Of a DNA stretch of 38,223 nt, positions 27,062-36,359 are shown in pieces (the first letter of the stretch is position 1; each line of letters starts with the position of its first letter). Both the position numbers and the translations under genes were made by a program. Source of the DNA: an uncultured Clostridia bacterium (lineage in GTDB: Bacteria > Bacillota > Clostridia > TANB77 > CAG-508); the NCBI GenBank assembly GCA_934167435.1, contig CAKPKZ010000001.1, positions 1 to 38,223 on the forward strand, in the 5' to 3' direction. Below the pieces are notes generated by a model, which saw only the letters and a list, made by a program, of their open reading frames with translations, ran no database searches and was not told the DNA's origin.

Positions 27062-28048
27062 ATGAAAAATATAGCAATAATTGGTAGTGGTAGTTGGGGA
27101 GTTGCATTAGCAATTCATCTAGCAAATTTAGGAAATAAAGTAAAAATTTGGTCTTTCCTTGAAGAGGAAAAGAATTTAATAAACAATGAAAAAAAATGTA
27201 AATTTTTACCAAATGCAATTATACCTTCAAATGTAACTTGTTCAACAAATTATAAAGAGGTAATTGATGGTTCAGATTTTATTTTACATGTAACACCTTC
27301 AAAATTTACTAGAAGTACCTTTAATGAATATAAAAAATATATAACTAACCAACCTGTAATTATATGTTCTAAAGGATTTGAAAAAGAGTCTTTAAAAACA
27401 TTAGATGAAGTTTTATTAGAGGAAATGCCAGAAATTAAATTAGGAGTACTTTCTGGACCAAGTCATGCAGAAGAGGTGTGCATTGCTGTACCAACAGTTT
27501 TAGTTATAGCATCAAAACACAAAGAAGTTTTAAAAGAAATTCAAGACACATTTATGTCTCCACATATGAGAATTTATACATCTAATGATGTAAAAGGCGT
27601 TGAATTAGGTGGAGCTTTAAAAAATATAATTGCATTTTGTGCTGGTGTAGCAGCAGGTATAGGGCTAGGAGATAATACATTTGCTGCTTTAGTTACAAGA
27701 GGGTTAACAGAAATTGCTAGACTTGGAGTTAATCTTGGAGGAGAAAAAGATACATTTTATGGATTAAGTGGATTAGGGGATTTAATTGTTACATGTCTAA
27801 GTGAGCATAGTAGAAATAGAACAGCTGGAAAATTAATTGGTCAAGGAAAAACAATTGATGAAACGAAAAAAGAAGTTGGGATGGTAATAGAAAGCATTGA
27901 CAATATAGAAGTTGCTTATGAGTTAGCTAAAAAATACAATGTTGACTTGCCAATAGTAGATACTGTTTACAAAGTTATTTATGATAACCTTGATCCAAAA
28001 ATAGCAGTAAGAAATTTAATGAATAGAGACAAAAAAATGGAATTTTAA
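27062..28048 (+). CDS. gpsA: NAD(P)H-dependent glycerol-3-phosphate dehydrogenase
   Basis: IAIIGSGSWGVALA Rossmann start, GALKNIIA, SEHSRNRTAG boxes. Confidence 0.92.
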   Translation: MKNIAIIGSGSWGVALAIHLANLGNKVKIWSFLEEEKNLINNEKKCKFLPNAIIPSNVTCSTNYKEVIDGSDFILHVTPSKFTRSTFNEYKKYITNQPVIICSKGFEKESLKTLDEVLLEEMPEIKLGVLSGPSHAEEVCIAVPTVLVIASKHKEVLKEIQDTFMSPHMRIYTSNDVKGVELGGALKNIIAFCAGVAAGIGLGDNTFAALVTRGLTEIARLGVNLGGEKDTFYGLSGLGDLIVTCLSEHSRNRTAGKLIGQGKTIDETKKEVGMVIESIDNIEVAYELAKKYNVDLPIVDTVYKVIYDNLDPKIAVRNLMNRDKKMEF

Positions 28049-28115
28049 AGAATTGAATAAGATTGTAAATACCAAGACATAATATATTATAGTGATATAA
28101 AATGGAGGTATAATA

Positions 28116-28544
28116 ATGGATGTATTTAATAAAATTGGAAAAAAAGCAACGAAAGCATACAGAATAACAGCAAAAAAGACTGGTCAAATTGCCAAAGAGA
28201 CAAAAATAAAATTAAAAATAAATGAATTAAAATCAGAAATTGATGATTTATATAATGAAATTGGTAAAAAAATATATGAAAAGTATACTACAAATAAACA
28301 TATAGATAATTTAGAAGAATATCTTGAAGAAGAATTGATAAAAATAGATGTTCTAAGTGCCCAAATTGACACAAATTTAAAAGAGTCCCTCGAGTTAAAA
28401 GACAAAAAACAATGCGAAAATTGTTTTGCTAATATTGATATTAATGCTAACTTTTGTCCTAATTGTGGTCAAAAACAAGAGAAAGAACCAGCAAAAGAGG
28501 TAGAGGTGTTAGAAGAAAAAGATAAAAATAATGTAAACAATTAA
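28116..28544 (+). CDS. Coiled-coil protein with C-terminal zinc ribbon
   Basis: CENCFANIDINANFCPNCG CxxC..CxxC motif, RBS TGGAGG. Confidence 0.6.
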   Translation: MDVFNKIGKKATKAYRITAKKTGQIAKETKIKLKINELKSEIDDLYNEIGKKIYEKYTTNKHIDNLEEYLEEELIKIDVLSAQIDTNLKESLELKDKKQCENCFANIDINANFCPNCGQKQEKEPAKEVEVLEEKDKNNVNN

Positions 28545-28567
28545 AGCGAACTTTGCATGTTCGCTTT
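28543..28567. terminator. Bidirectional terminator hairpin between convergent genes
   Basis: AAAGCGAAC-tttgcat-GTTCGCTTT. Confidence 0.6.
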
Positions 28568-28569
28568 AA

Positions 28570-28851
28570 TTAATATGGATAACGTTCATATAAATACTTT
28601 ATAAATTCATTTGCATTTTTATTAGTAATTTTTATAAATATGCCTTCATCAAGAGAAATCCACATATTAATTTTAAAATCCTCAAAATTATCTATAAATG
28701 TTCCTACTATTTCTGCTAGTTCAATAGGATTATCATAAATCTTTTCCCAACTTAGATTGTTGCTAATATTCAAATTAGTATTATAAAATTTGCTTAAAAA
28801 ATTATTTATTTCACCTTTTTTTTCACTATATAAATTAACACTCGTTTTCAT
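28570..28851 (-). CDS. Hypothetical protein
   Basis: Likely start MKTSVNLYSEKK after AAGGAG; the track ORF begins 16 codons earlier. No recognisable family. Confidence 0.45.
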   Translation of the reverse strand: MKTSVNLYSEKKGEINNFLSKFYNTNLNISNNLSWEKIYDNPIELAEIVGTFIDNFEDFKINMWISLDEGIFIKITNKNANEFIKYLYERYPY

Positions 28852-28958
28852 AAAAACTCCTTTATATTTATTATTTTTATTTTTTTTTAAATTATACAAA
28901 GAATAAATTTAAAGACACTTGTAAATAATAGAAAAAAACAAATACTATGGAGGAAATT

Positions 28959-29852
28959 ATGAAAAATTCAAAAAAATTACTAATAACATTTATTATTATT
29001 ATAATTATTATTAGTGTATCTTATGCTATATATGCAATTAGCAATAATAACAATAGTAATAAAAATGAACAAGAAAAAGTATTAAGTGAAATTAAATATC
29101 TTGAATCAAAATTTGTAAATATTTTAAACACCTTAAATAATATTGAATATAGAAATTATAAAATCTCAACTCAAAAAGCTACTAATAACGATAACTCAGA
29201 AAGTAGTAGCCAAAATAATTCTTCTTCAAATTCATCAGAGGGCAGTGCGACATCTTCAGAAGAAAAAAGCTTAACTGGCAAAGAAGAAACATTTAATAAA
29301 TACAATTTAGAAGCACAGGGTGTATTAACAAAGTCGGAAAATATTAATTGGGATTATATAAAAAATGATTTAGAATTAATATACACATCAGTTCCAGTAG
29401 TTACATTAGATTTATACAAAATGAATTTTAATAAAGATGATATTTTAAATTTTAATAATGACCTAGATTCATTAACAATTTTAGTTAAAAATGAAGATAA
29501 AATGGCAGTTTTAGCCCAAGTTACAAAATTATATTCTTATATTCCAAAATTTTTAAACGATATAGATTTAGATGAAAAGGATAAAATAATTATAAAAACG
29601 AAATATAACATATTTGAAGCATATAGCATTTTAGAAACGGAAGAATGGCAAATAATGACTACTAAAATATCAGATGCAATAAATAACTATAACTCGCTTA
29701 TTACAAACTCAAATATTAATGATCAAAAGCAATATGATTTAAATAAATGTTATATAATGTTAAATGAATTAAAAAACGCAATAAACAAAAAAGATAAAGA
29801 ACTTTTTTTAATAAAATATAAAAATATACTAGAAGATTTCAATAATATATGA
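28959..29852 (+). CDS. Membrane-anchored hypothetical protein with Ser/Asn-rich linker
   Basis: N-terminal TM segment (LLITFIIIIIIISVSYAIYAI), low-complexity SSSQNNSSSNSSEGSATSSEE. Start taken at ATG 28959 after GGAGGA. Confidence 0.5.
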   Translation: MKNSKKLLITFIIIIIIISVSYAIYAISNNNNSNKNEQEKVLSEIKYLESKFVNILNTLNNIEYRNYKISTQKATNNDNSESSSQNNSSSNSSEGSATSSEEKSLTGKEETFNKYNLEAQGVLTKSENINWDYIKNDLELIYTSVPVVTLDLYKMNFNKDDILNFNNDLDSLTILVKNEDKMAVLAQVTKLYSYIPKFLNDIDLDEKDKIIIKTKYNIFEAYSILETEEWQIMTTKISDAINNYNSLITNSNINDQKQYDLNKCYIMLNELKNAINKKDKELFLIKYKNILEDFNNI

Positions 29853-29866
29853 TATAATAAACAACA

Positions 29867-30206
29867 GAGTAAATTGAATAGTCGCTGGCAATATTCAAAA
29901 GATATTGCGAGAGGAAAGTCCGGGCTCCACAGAGCAAAAATGCTAGATAACGTCTAGTAAGGGTGACCTTAAGGAAAGTGCAACAGAAAATAACCGCCAT
30001 TATTGGCAAGGGTGAAAAGGTGAGGTAAGAGCTCACCGCTATTATGGTGACATAATAGGCTGTGTAAACCCCATTTGGAGCAACACCAATAAAGAAGATT
30101 AAGTCTGCTCGACGCCTTCTTGACTGTGTGGCTTGAAATATATAGTGATATATATTCTAGATAAATGACTATTTTAAAAGACAGAACCCGGCTTACAGAT
30201 TTACTC
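29867..30206 (+). ncRNA. rnpB: RNase P RNA (ribozyme component)
   Basis: Universal boxes GAGGAAAGTCCGGGCTCC (CR-I) and ACAGAACCCGGCTTA (CR-V). The P1 helix is formed by 5' GAGTAAAT and 3' ATTTACTC. Local G+C is clearly above the surroundings. Confidence 0.9.
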
Positions 30207-30343
30207 TTTTTAATTAAATTCAACATATTAGTTATAATAGTTCTAAATATTCTTTCTTTTTTTCCAAAAGTATGTTATAATAGAAAATATTTAATTTCAA
30301 AACAAAATAAGATAGAAGACATTTATTCTAAGGGAGGTTATAT

Positions 30344-31681
30344 ATGTCTAATTATGAAAATATGTCTTTAACAGATTTAAAAAATCTTGCGAAAGAGCAT
30401 AATATAAAAAATATATCAAAACTAAAGAAAGAAGAAGTTATTTCTGTTCTAAATCAAGTACTTGGAGATAATAATGATACAATTACATCAAATAGCAATA
30501 TAGAAAAAAATCACAATAGAGGTTATGAAGATCCAATAATAGATTATAAATTAACAACAGATGGAGATGAAATAATTGAAGGAATATTAGACATATTACC
30601 AGATGGCTATGGATTTTTAAGAGGAGAAAATTACTTATCAAGTCCAAAAGATGTATATCTTTCACCAATACAAATTAGAAGATTTAAATTAGATACTGGC
30701 GATATAATAAAGGGAATTTCTAGATGTAAAGAAGGCGAGAAATTTCCATCACTGATATTTGTTGGTGAAGTTAATGGTGAACACCCAGAAAAGGCTGCTA
30801 GAAGAAAAAGATTTGACGAACTAACCCCAATATATCCAATGGAAAAATTAAAATTAGAAACAACTCCAAACGAATATGCAATGAGGATTATTGATCTAAT
30901 GTGTCCAATTGGAAAAGGCCAAAGAGGAATGATTGTTGCACCTCCTAAAGTAGGAAAAACAACACTTATAAAAAAAGTAGCCAATAGTATAGCAAAAAAT
31001 AACCCTGAAGTAGAATTAATAGTTTTGTTAATAGATGAAAGACCAGAAGAAGTAACTGATATGAAACGTTCTATAGATGGTCAAGTAATATATTCAACTT
31101 TTGATGAGTTGCCTGAACACCACGTAAAAGTAGCTGAAATAGTATTAGAAAGAGCCAAAAGATTAGTAGAACATGGAAAAGATGTTGTAATATTATTAGA
31201 CAGTATTACAAGACTTGCAAGAGCATATAATTTAGTGATACCATCTTCTGGAAGAACATTATCAGGAGGTTTAGATCCTGCAGCATTACATAAACCAAAA
31301 AAATTCTTTGGAGCCGCAAGAAATATTGAATGTGGTGGAAGTTTAACCATTTTAGCAACTGCATTAATAGATACTGGTAGCAGAATGGATGATGTAATAT
31401 TTGAAGAATTTAAGGGAACAGGAAACATGGAAGTACATTTAGACAGAAAATTATCTGAAAAACGAATTTTCCCTGCAATTGATATAAATAAATCTGGAAC
31501 AAGAAGAGAAGATTTATTATTAAGTCGAACAGAACGTGAAATTGTATTTGCTTTGCGAAAAGCTATGAATAGTATGTCTGTTTCCGAAGTTACAGAACAA
31601 ATCATAACTCTAATGACGAAATCTAAAAACAATAAAGAATTTTTGGAAATGATAGATACATTTGTTAAAAAGTTTAAATAA
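30344..31681 (+). CDS. rho: Transcription termination factor Rho
   Basis: N-terminal SAP-like [25 protein letters not shown], cold-shock-like RNA-binding domain ([14 protein letters not shown]), Walker A PPKVGKTT, Walker [12 protein letters not shown]. Confidence 0.93.
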   Translation: MSNYENMSLTDLKNLAKEHNIKNISKLKKEEVISVLNQVLGDNNDTITSNSNIEKNHNRGYEDPIIDYKLTTDGDEIIEGILDILPDGYGFLRGENYLSSPKDVYLSPIQIRRFKLDTGDIIKGISRCKEGEKFPSLIFVGEVNGEHPEKAARRKRFDELTPIYPMEKLKLETTPNEYAMRIIDLMCPIGKGQRGMIVAPPKVGKTTLIKKVANSIAKNNPEVELIVLLIDERPEEVTDMKRSIDGQVIYSTFDELPEHHVKVAEIVLERAKRLVEHGKDVVILLDSITRLARAYNLVIPSSGRTLSGGLDPAALHKPKKFFGAARNIECGGSLTILATALIDTGSRMDDVIFEEFKGTGNMEVHLDRKLSEKRIFPAIDINKSGTRREDLLLSRTEREIVFALRKAMNSMSVSEVTEQIITLMTKSKNNKEFLEMIDTFVKKFK

Positions 31682-31704
31682 TAATTCTTTCAAATATATA
31701 TTTC

Positions 31705-31745
31705 AAGAGATAATAAAATTTTATCATTATTATCTCTTATTTTGT
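31705..31745 (+). terminator. Intrinsic terminator after rho
   Basis: AAGAGATAATA ... TATTATCTCTT stem followed by ATTTTG. Confidence 0.6.
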
Positions 31746-31778
31746 ATATTAAATACTTAAACAGGGGGAATTTAATTA

Positions 31779-32417
31779 ATGAGAAATTTAGAAAATAAAT
31801 TAACAAATAGAATTATTAACTATAGTAAATTAATAGAGTATGGTTTTACAAAAAAAGAACATCAATATCTGTATATAAATAACCTAAGTAACAAACAATT
31901 TAAAATAGTAATATTAATTTCTGATGAAGAAAAAACATTTCAAATAATTGATTTAGAAAATGGTGAAGAATATTTAATGGTAGACATAACTGATTCGACA
32001 GGAAAATTTGTTGGCAAAATTAAAAAAGAATATGAAGATATACTATATGATATAATAAAAAAATGTACAGTTGCAAATATTCATACTAATAATAAATGTG
32101 GGCTATCTGGGGAATTGCTATCTCAAAAAGTTTATGATTATTTAACAACGATTCCTAAAGGAAAAGTCGTAACATATAAGCAAATTGGAGAATATTTAGG
32201 AAATAAAGGGCTAGCAAGAGCTGTTGGAAACATACTTCATAAAAACACTGATGGCAACAAATATCCTTGTTATAAAGTTTTAAATAGTAAAGGACAACTA
32301 GCAGAAGCTTTCGTTTTTGGAGGTAAAACTATTCAAAAATCAAGACTTGAAGATGATGGAATTAAAGTTGTTAATAATAAAGTTGATTTAAAAATTTATC
32401 AGTGGAAAGAAAAATAA
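31779..32417 (+). CDS. Two-domain protein: unknown N-domain + MGMT/Ogt-type DNA-binding domain (PCYKV in place of PCHRV)
   Basis: C-terminal VYDYLTTIPKGKVVTYKQIGEYLG...ARAVGNILHKN...YPCYKVLNSKGQLA. Confidence 0.7.
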   Translation: MRNLENKLTNRIINYSKLIEYGFTKKEHQYLYINNLSNKQFKIVILISDEEKTFQIIDLENGEEYLMVDITDSTGKFVGKIKKEYEDILYDIIKKCTVANIHTNNKCGLSGELLSQKVYDYLTTIPKGKVVTYKQIGEYLGNKGLARAVGNILHKNTDGNKYPCYKVLNSKGQLAEAFVFGGKTIQKSRLEDDGIKVVNNKVDLKIYQWKEK

Positions 32418-32625
32418 TATAGATATAAACCCCTTGCAAATATTATAACATATATATAAGACTTTATTTGTCGAATGTTGTCAGAAATATATAATTATAA
32501 AATTTACATGGTATGGGTTAAAAGAAAGAGAACTATCAGACTGGAAAAAATATTCAAAATTAGAAGAAAATAAAAAAATAGTATTTTTTTCTGATTATTT
32601 AAATTCATAATTTTTAAAAATAATG

Positions 32626-32653
32626 TTGACATTATATTTTTTTATGATATTAA
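32626..32653 (+). promoter_or_regulatory. Possible promoter (TTGACA, 16 nt spacer, extended -10 TGATATTAA) with no obvious gene behind it
   Basis: Motif match only. It points into an ~600 nt stretch with no convincing ORF. Confidence 0.35.
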
Positions 32654-32657
32654 ATAG

Positions 32658-32702
32658 ATTAGTTAAAGTATAGTATTTTAATTAGTTAAAATTTTAGTAT
32701 TT
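32658..32702 (+). repeat. Two tandem iteron-like direct repeats
   Basis: ATTAGTTAAA-gta-TAGTATTT (32658-32678) and ATTAGTTAAA-attt-TAGTATTT (32681-32702). Confidence 0.5.
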
Positions 32703-32753
32703 GGATAAAACTAAATAGGGGATATATATAATATTATTTATTTATATGCATAT

Positions 32754-32774
32754 AACATTGCACAAAATCAAAGT
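32754..32774 (+). repeat. Left copy of a perfect 21-bp direct repeat AACATTGCACAAAATCAAAGT (candidate att site)
   Basis: Identical 21-mer at 35498..35518. Confidence 0.7.
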
Positions 32775-33228
32775 ATTAGCGAATTTGATTTCCCGAGATA
32801 TCAACGTTTACGGGCAATATTGCGTAATAAAAAATAACGAAAAAATGCCAATATTTTGAGTCAAAATTTAGTCAATTAACTGGCATGCCTAAGGACATAG
32901 CTGGTAAAGATATTCCGTCTGGCGTACCGATGGAGTCAGCTTTGGTAACATGGACTATTGCATTTTTTGAGATAAGGACATATTGCGAAATCGCTGATTT
33001 CAAGGTTTTTGTATCCAGGTACAATAAGAACCACAGCGAAGATAGGGTTATTATTGAGGAATAAGTTTGAGAAAAAGAGTTCTAGCCGACTCTTTTTTTC
33101 GTATAATTTCACAAAATTTATTATATGAATATTTGATAACAAGTACAAATATGAGACTATATTGGTAAACGACTAATTAGACAAAATGCGTATTATATGT
33201 TATAATAAAGAGGAAAAAAATTAGTGAG

Positions 33229-34977
33229 GTGAATCAAGTGAAACTATTTTTCGATAATTTTAAAAGATTATGGAAATACGCTAAAAGTGATAAACACCTG
33301 ATTATACAATCAATTATATTTAACATACTGTTTATTGCAATAAGAATCTCAGTTATATTAGTAAGTGCTAAGCTGATAATTAAATTAACAAACAATGATA
33401 TGATAGGACTATTAATTACTGCTGCTATTGTTTTTGCTATAGAATTATCACATAATACAATATATTATTTCTTGAATGGATGCTATCAAAAAATATATAA
33501 AAATCTATTTAAAAAATTACAAACAGATTTGAGTCAAGAGATATTGCATATTGAAAATGAATGTTTAGATAAAAATAATTCAGGATTATTTATTCAAAGG
33601 ATAACTAGCGATACTAATAACTTAGCGACGTCATTTAAAGACTTTTTATCAGTTATAGGTCAATTATTATCTGATATTGGTATATATATAACAATATTCA
33701 TTTTAAATAAATATGCATTTATATATTTTGTATTGTGCACAATAGTAATCTTTATTATTGCATTAAAAAAAGAAAAAAGATATTCTCAAAAAGATAGAGC
33801 TTTTAAAGAAGAAAATGAAAGAACTACAAGTTTTATAAGCGAAATTGTCAGAGGCTCTAAAGATATCAAGATGCTAAATGCGTATAAGAGTTTTTATAGA
33901 ATATTAGATGACAAAATAGAGTCATTAAACGCTAAAAGATATGAATTAGACGGAACAAAGCGTATATGGGATTTAATATTTTGGTATTCAATATTCGCTT
34001 ATAGATTTTTCTTAATTGTATTAATAATAGTATTAATAAATAATGGTTTAACATCTATTGAGATTGCTTTAGTATTGTTTAATTCTATGTCTAAAGTTAC
34101 AGATTTTATAAAAAATAGCGGAGATTTGTTTGGTGTAATTAAAAGATTTAATCTCTCTTGTGATAGAATCTTTTCTATAATGAATGATAAAATATTCAGC
34201 AAGGAAAAATTTGGAGATAAGCATATAGAAAAAATCGATGGAAATTTTGAGTTTAGAAATGTTACTTTTTCATATATAGAAGGTAAAACCGTACTAAACA
34301 AAATAAGTTTCAGAGTAAATTCAAAAGAAACTGTTGCTTTTGTTGGAAAAAGCGGTACTGGAAAATCAACGATATTTTCATTATTGTCAAAAATGTATGA
34401 TAATTACGAAGGGAAAATAATGGTTGACGGTATAGACATAAAAGAATTAGATAGAGACTCCATAAGAGGAAATATAACAATTATTAGTCAAAACCCATAC
34501 ATATTCAATATGAGCATAAAAGACAATTTGAAATTAGTAAAAAATGATTTGACAGATGAGGAAATGATAGAGGTTTGCAAAATGGTTTATCTAGACGATT
34601 TTATAAATTCATTGCCTAATAAATATGATACAATTGTAGGAGAAAGTGGAGTTATGCTTTCTGGAGGTCAACGACAAAGATTAGCTATAGCAAGAGCTTT
34701 AATACAAAAAACAGAGATTATACTTTTTGATGAGGCAACATCTGCTCTAGATAATGAAACACAATTTCAAATTCAGAGAGCAATTGACAATTTAAAAAGA
34801 GAATACACAGTTATGATTATTGCACACAGACTATCTACAATAAAAAATGCAGATAGAATTTTAATGGTAGATAACGGACATATTATAGCAGAAGGTAATC
34901 ATAACCAGTTGCTAGAGGAATGTGAACAATATAAAAAATTATATGAAACAGAAATTGTCAATATTGATAAATTATGA
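33229..34977 (+). CDS. ABC exporter, fused permease + ATPase (type I exporter, MsbA/LmrA-like)
   Basis: Six-TM N-domain, Walker A GKSGTGKST, signature LSGGQRQR, Walker B ILFDEATSALD, H-loop IAHRLST. GTG start after AAAGAGGAAAAA. Confidence 0.88.
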   Translation: MNQVKLFFDNFKRLWKYAKSDKHLIIQSIIFNILFIAIRISVILVSAKLIIKLTNNDMIGLLITAAIVFAIELSHNTIYYFLNGCYQKIYKNLFKKLQTDLSQEILHIENECLDKNNSGLFIQRITSDTNNLATSFKDFLSVIGQLLSDIGIYITIFILNKYAFIYFVLCTIVIFIIALKKEKRYSQKDRAFKEENERTTSFISEIVRGSKDIKMLNAYKSFYRILDDKIESLNAKRYELDGTKRIWDLIFWYSIFAYRFFLIVLIIVLINNGLTSIEIALVLFNSMSKVTDFIKNSGDLFGVIKRFNLSCDRIFSIMNDKIFSKEKFGDKHIEKIDGNFEFRNVTFSYIEGKTVLNKISFRVNSKETVAFVGKSGTGKSTIFSLLSKMYDNYEGKIMVDGIDIKELDRDSIRGNITIISQNPYIFNMSIKDNLKLVKNDLTDEEMIEVCKMVYLDDFINSLPNKYDTIVGESGVMLSGGQRQRLAIARALIQKTEIILFDEATSALDNETQFQIQRAIDNLKREYTVMIIAHRLSTIKNADRILMVDNGHIIAEGNHNQLLEECEQYKKLYETEIVNIDKL

Positions 34978-35072
34978 AATATAAAATAAAAATAGATTTT
35001 CAAAAGTGGAGTATAACTGTAAAAATGTATTAAGTTAAAATAATAAGAATCTAATATGAATTAAGCAAATTC

Positions 35073-35110
35073 AAGAGCTAGTGTAATAAAAATATACTGG
35101 CTCTTTTTTT
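35073..35110 (+). terminator. Intrinsic terminator after the ABC exporter
   Basis: AGAGCTAGT ... ACTGGCTCT stem (one G-U pair) followed by T8. Confidence 0.6.
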
Positions 35111-35130
35111 TGTTGGAAAGAAGGTTAAAA

Positions 35131-35319
35131 ATGGAAGAAAATGAAGTAAAAAATACATCTAAATTAAAAGATGAATTAATGAAAAAATTAGAAAATGAAT
35201 ATAGTGAATATAAAGAACAATTTATGAGTTTAACACCAAAAGAAGCAGTAGATAATGCTTATGAATTAGTAGTTAAACAAGAAATTTTTATAAAAAATAA
35301 AATAGGAAATAAAAATTAA
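35131..35319 (+). CDS. Short ORF resembling only the N-terminal part of DUF3848-type mobile-element proteins (possible remnant)
   Basis: MEENEVKNTSKLKDELMKKLENEYSEYKEQFMSLTPKEAVDNAYELVVKQEIF, then an abrupt end. Family assignment from memory of the motif pattern. Confidence 0.35.
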   Translation: MEENEVKNTSKLKDELMKKLENEYSEYKEQFMSLTPKEAVDNAYELVVKQEIFIKNKIGNKN

Positions 35320-35411
35320 ATAAAAAATAAAAAGTTTAATTATAAATTAGTAAAAGATTTAGAAAATAATCTTTAAGTAAAACTAATTTTGATAATTAAG
35401 CATAAAAGTCG

Positions 35412-35443
35412 TTGCTTAGGAAATTTCTTCCTAGGCAATTTTT
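35412..35443 (+). terminator. Hairpin + T-run
   Basis: TTGCTTAGGAA-atttc-TTCCTAGGCAA followed by TTTTT. Confidence 0.5.
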
Positions 35444-35497
35444 AGTATAGGAGAGGATAGGAAATATAGACCCAGGTACTCAAAAAATGAAATATTA

Positions 35498-35518
35498 AAC
35501 ATTGCACAAAATCAAAGT
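35498..35518 (+). repeat. Right copy of the 21-bp direct repeat AACATTGCACAAAATCAAAGT
   Basis: Identical to 32754..32774. Lies 92 nt upstream of the first gene of the phage-like module. Confidence 0.7.
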
Positions 35519-35610
35519 TATGTTGCAAAGTTTCCATAAAATAGACTTGTATAAGTAGTTGGTAAAACTATTTATATAAGTCTATTTTTTTATTTTAAGG
35601 AGGATTTATC

Positions 35611-35874
35611 ATGGAAAGTTCAACTCAAGAAATGGTATTAATTGGATATTATCATTTTAATTCTAAAGATAAAAAACAAATATATTATGTTGTGCAATTA
35701 CTTCATAGTGAAGAGGACAAAATAAGATGTAATCTTAAAGGAACAATGATTAATGTATTTGTCGAAGATGACGTTTATCAAAAAATAGCTCAACTTGATA
35801 TTGGTACACTTGTGAAGGTTGAAATTCTACCTAATTTGTCTACAGGAAAAATATATTATAGGGTTGTGATCTAA
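35611..35874 (+). CDS. 87-aa soluble protein, candidate ssDNA-binding (gene V-like by size and position only)
   Basis: Strong RBS AAGGAGGA. Beta-rich looking sequence. It immediately precedes tiny membrane-protein genes. Confidence 0.4.
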   Translation: MESSTQEMVLIGYYHFNSKDKKQIYYVVQLLHSEEDKIRCNLKGTMINVFVEDDVYQKIAQLDIGTLVKVEILPNLSTGKIYYRVVI

Positions 35875-36020
35875 TGAGTGAATTAGAATACTTAAAAGGT
35901 ATATATGAACTATTACAATCTTTAACCCCCTTTATACAACTTTTAACTGGTTGTATTCAATTTGTAATTGTTTTATTTGTTGTAATAGTCTTATATAAAT
36001 TATTTAACTTATTCTTTTAA
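35874..36020 (+). CDS. 48-aa single-TM protein (minor coat g7/g9-like by size and position)
   Basis: Not in the ORF track. TAATG overlap with the upstream gene. Product: MSELEYLKGIYELLQSLTPFIQLLTGCIQFVIVLFVVIVLYKLFNLFF. Confidence 0.45.
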   Translation: MSELEYLKGIYELLQSLTPFIQLLTGCIQFVIVLFVVIVLYKLFNLFF

Positions 36021-36157
36021 TTTTGTATTTATGTGGACTTTTATAATAGTTAGATATATGAACAAGTCATTTTTATTGATAGAAAAGAGCATATTAACAA
36101 TGAAGATATTGTGTATATTGTCTATATTATACAAAAGGGAAGAGGAAAGGAGTTCTT

Positions 36158-36304
36158 ATGTTTGAAGGTATAACAAGTGCTACATTTAGTGGTGTATTAG
36201 ATACTATAAAGGAATTAATTCCTATAGTAATACCAGCTGTTGTTGGTTTCTTAGCTTTCAGAAAAGGTTGGTCTTTCTTAAAAGGCGAAATTAGAAAAGC
36301 TTAG
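36158..36304 (+). CDS. 48-aa protein with major-coat-protein architecture (amphipathic N-part, TM core, basic C-tail)
   Basis: Not in the ORF track. RBS AGGAAAGGAG. Product: MFEGITSATFSGVLDTIKELIPIVIPAVVGFLAFRKGWSFLKGEIRKA. Confidence 0.55.
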   Translation: MFEGITSATFSGVLDTIKELIPIVIPAVVGFLAFRKGWSFLKGEIRKA

Positions 36305-36309
36305 TATAT

Positions 36310-36341
36310 GGGCTTGAGCATTAAGCTCAAGTCCTACTTTT
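36310..36341 (+). terminator. Hairpin directly after the coat-like gene
   Basis: GGCTTGAGC-attaa-GCTCAAGTC followed by CTACTTTT. Confidence 0.45.
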
Positions 36342-36359
36342 ATGAAAGGAGAAAAATAT

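Noticed and set aside
29839-30371. Track ORFs 29839..30036 (-), 29969..30226 (-) and 30165..30371 (+).
   Set aside because: They overlap the RNase P RNA gene, which has universal CR-I/CR-V boxes and P1 pairing, or its flank. They have no RBS and no protein-like features.
32470-32610. Open frame giving ..KFTWYGLKERELSDWKKYSKLEENKKIVFFSDYLNS just after the MGMT-domain gene.
   Set aside because: It has no start codon or RBS in frame and is only ~45 codons long. It may be a gene remnant, but this cannot be supported from sequence alone.
32936-33148. Minus-strand 70-aa ORF in the G+C-richer intergenic remnant.
   Set aside because: It has no RBS, spans a terminator-like hairpin, and is no better supported than the opposite-strand 59-codon ORF. 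The region is treated as non-coding or remnant.
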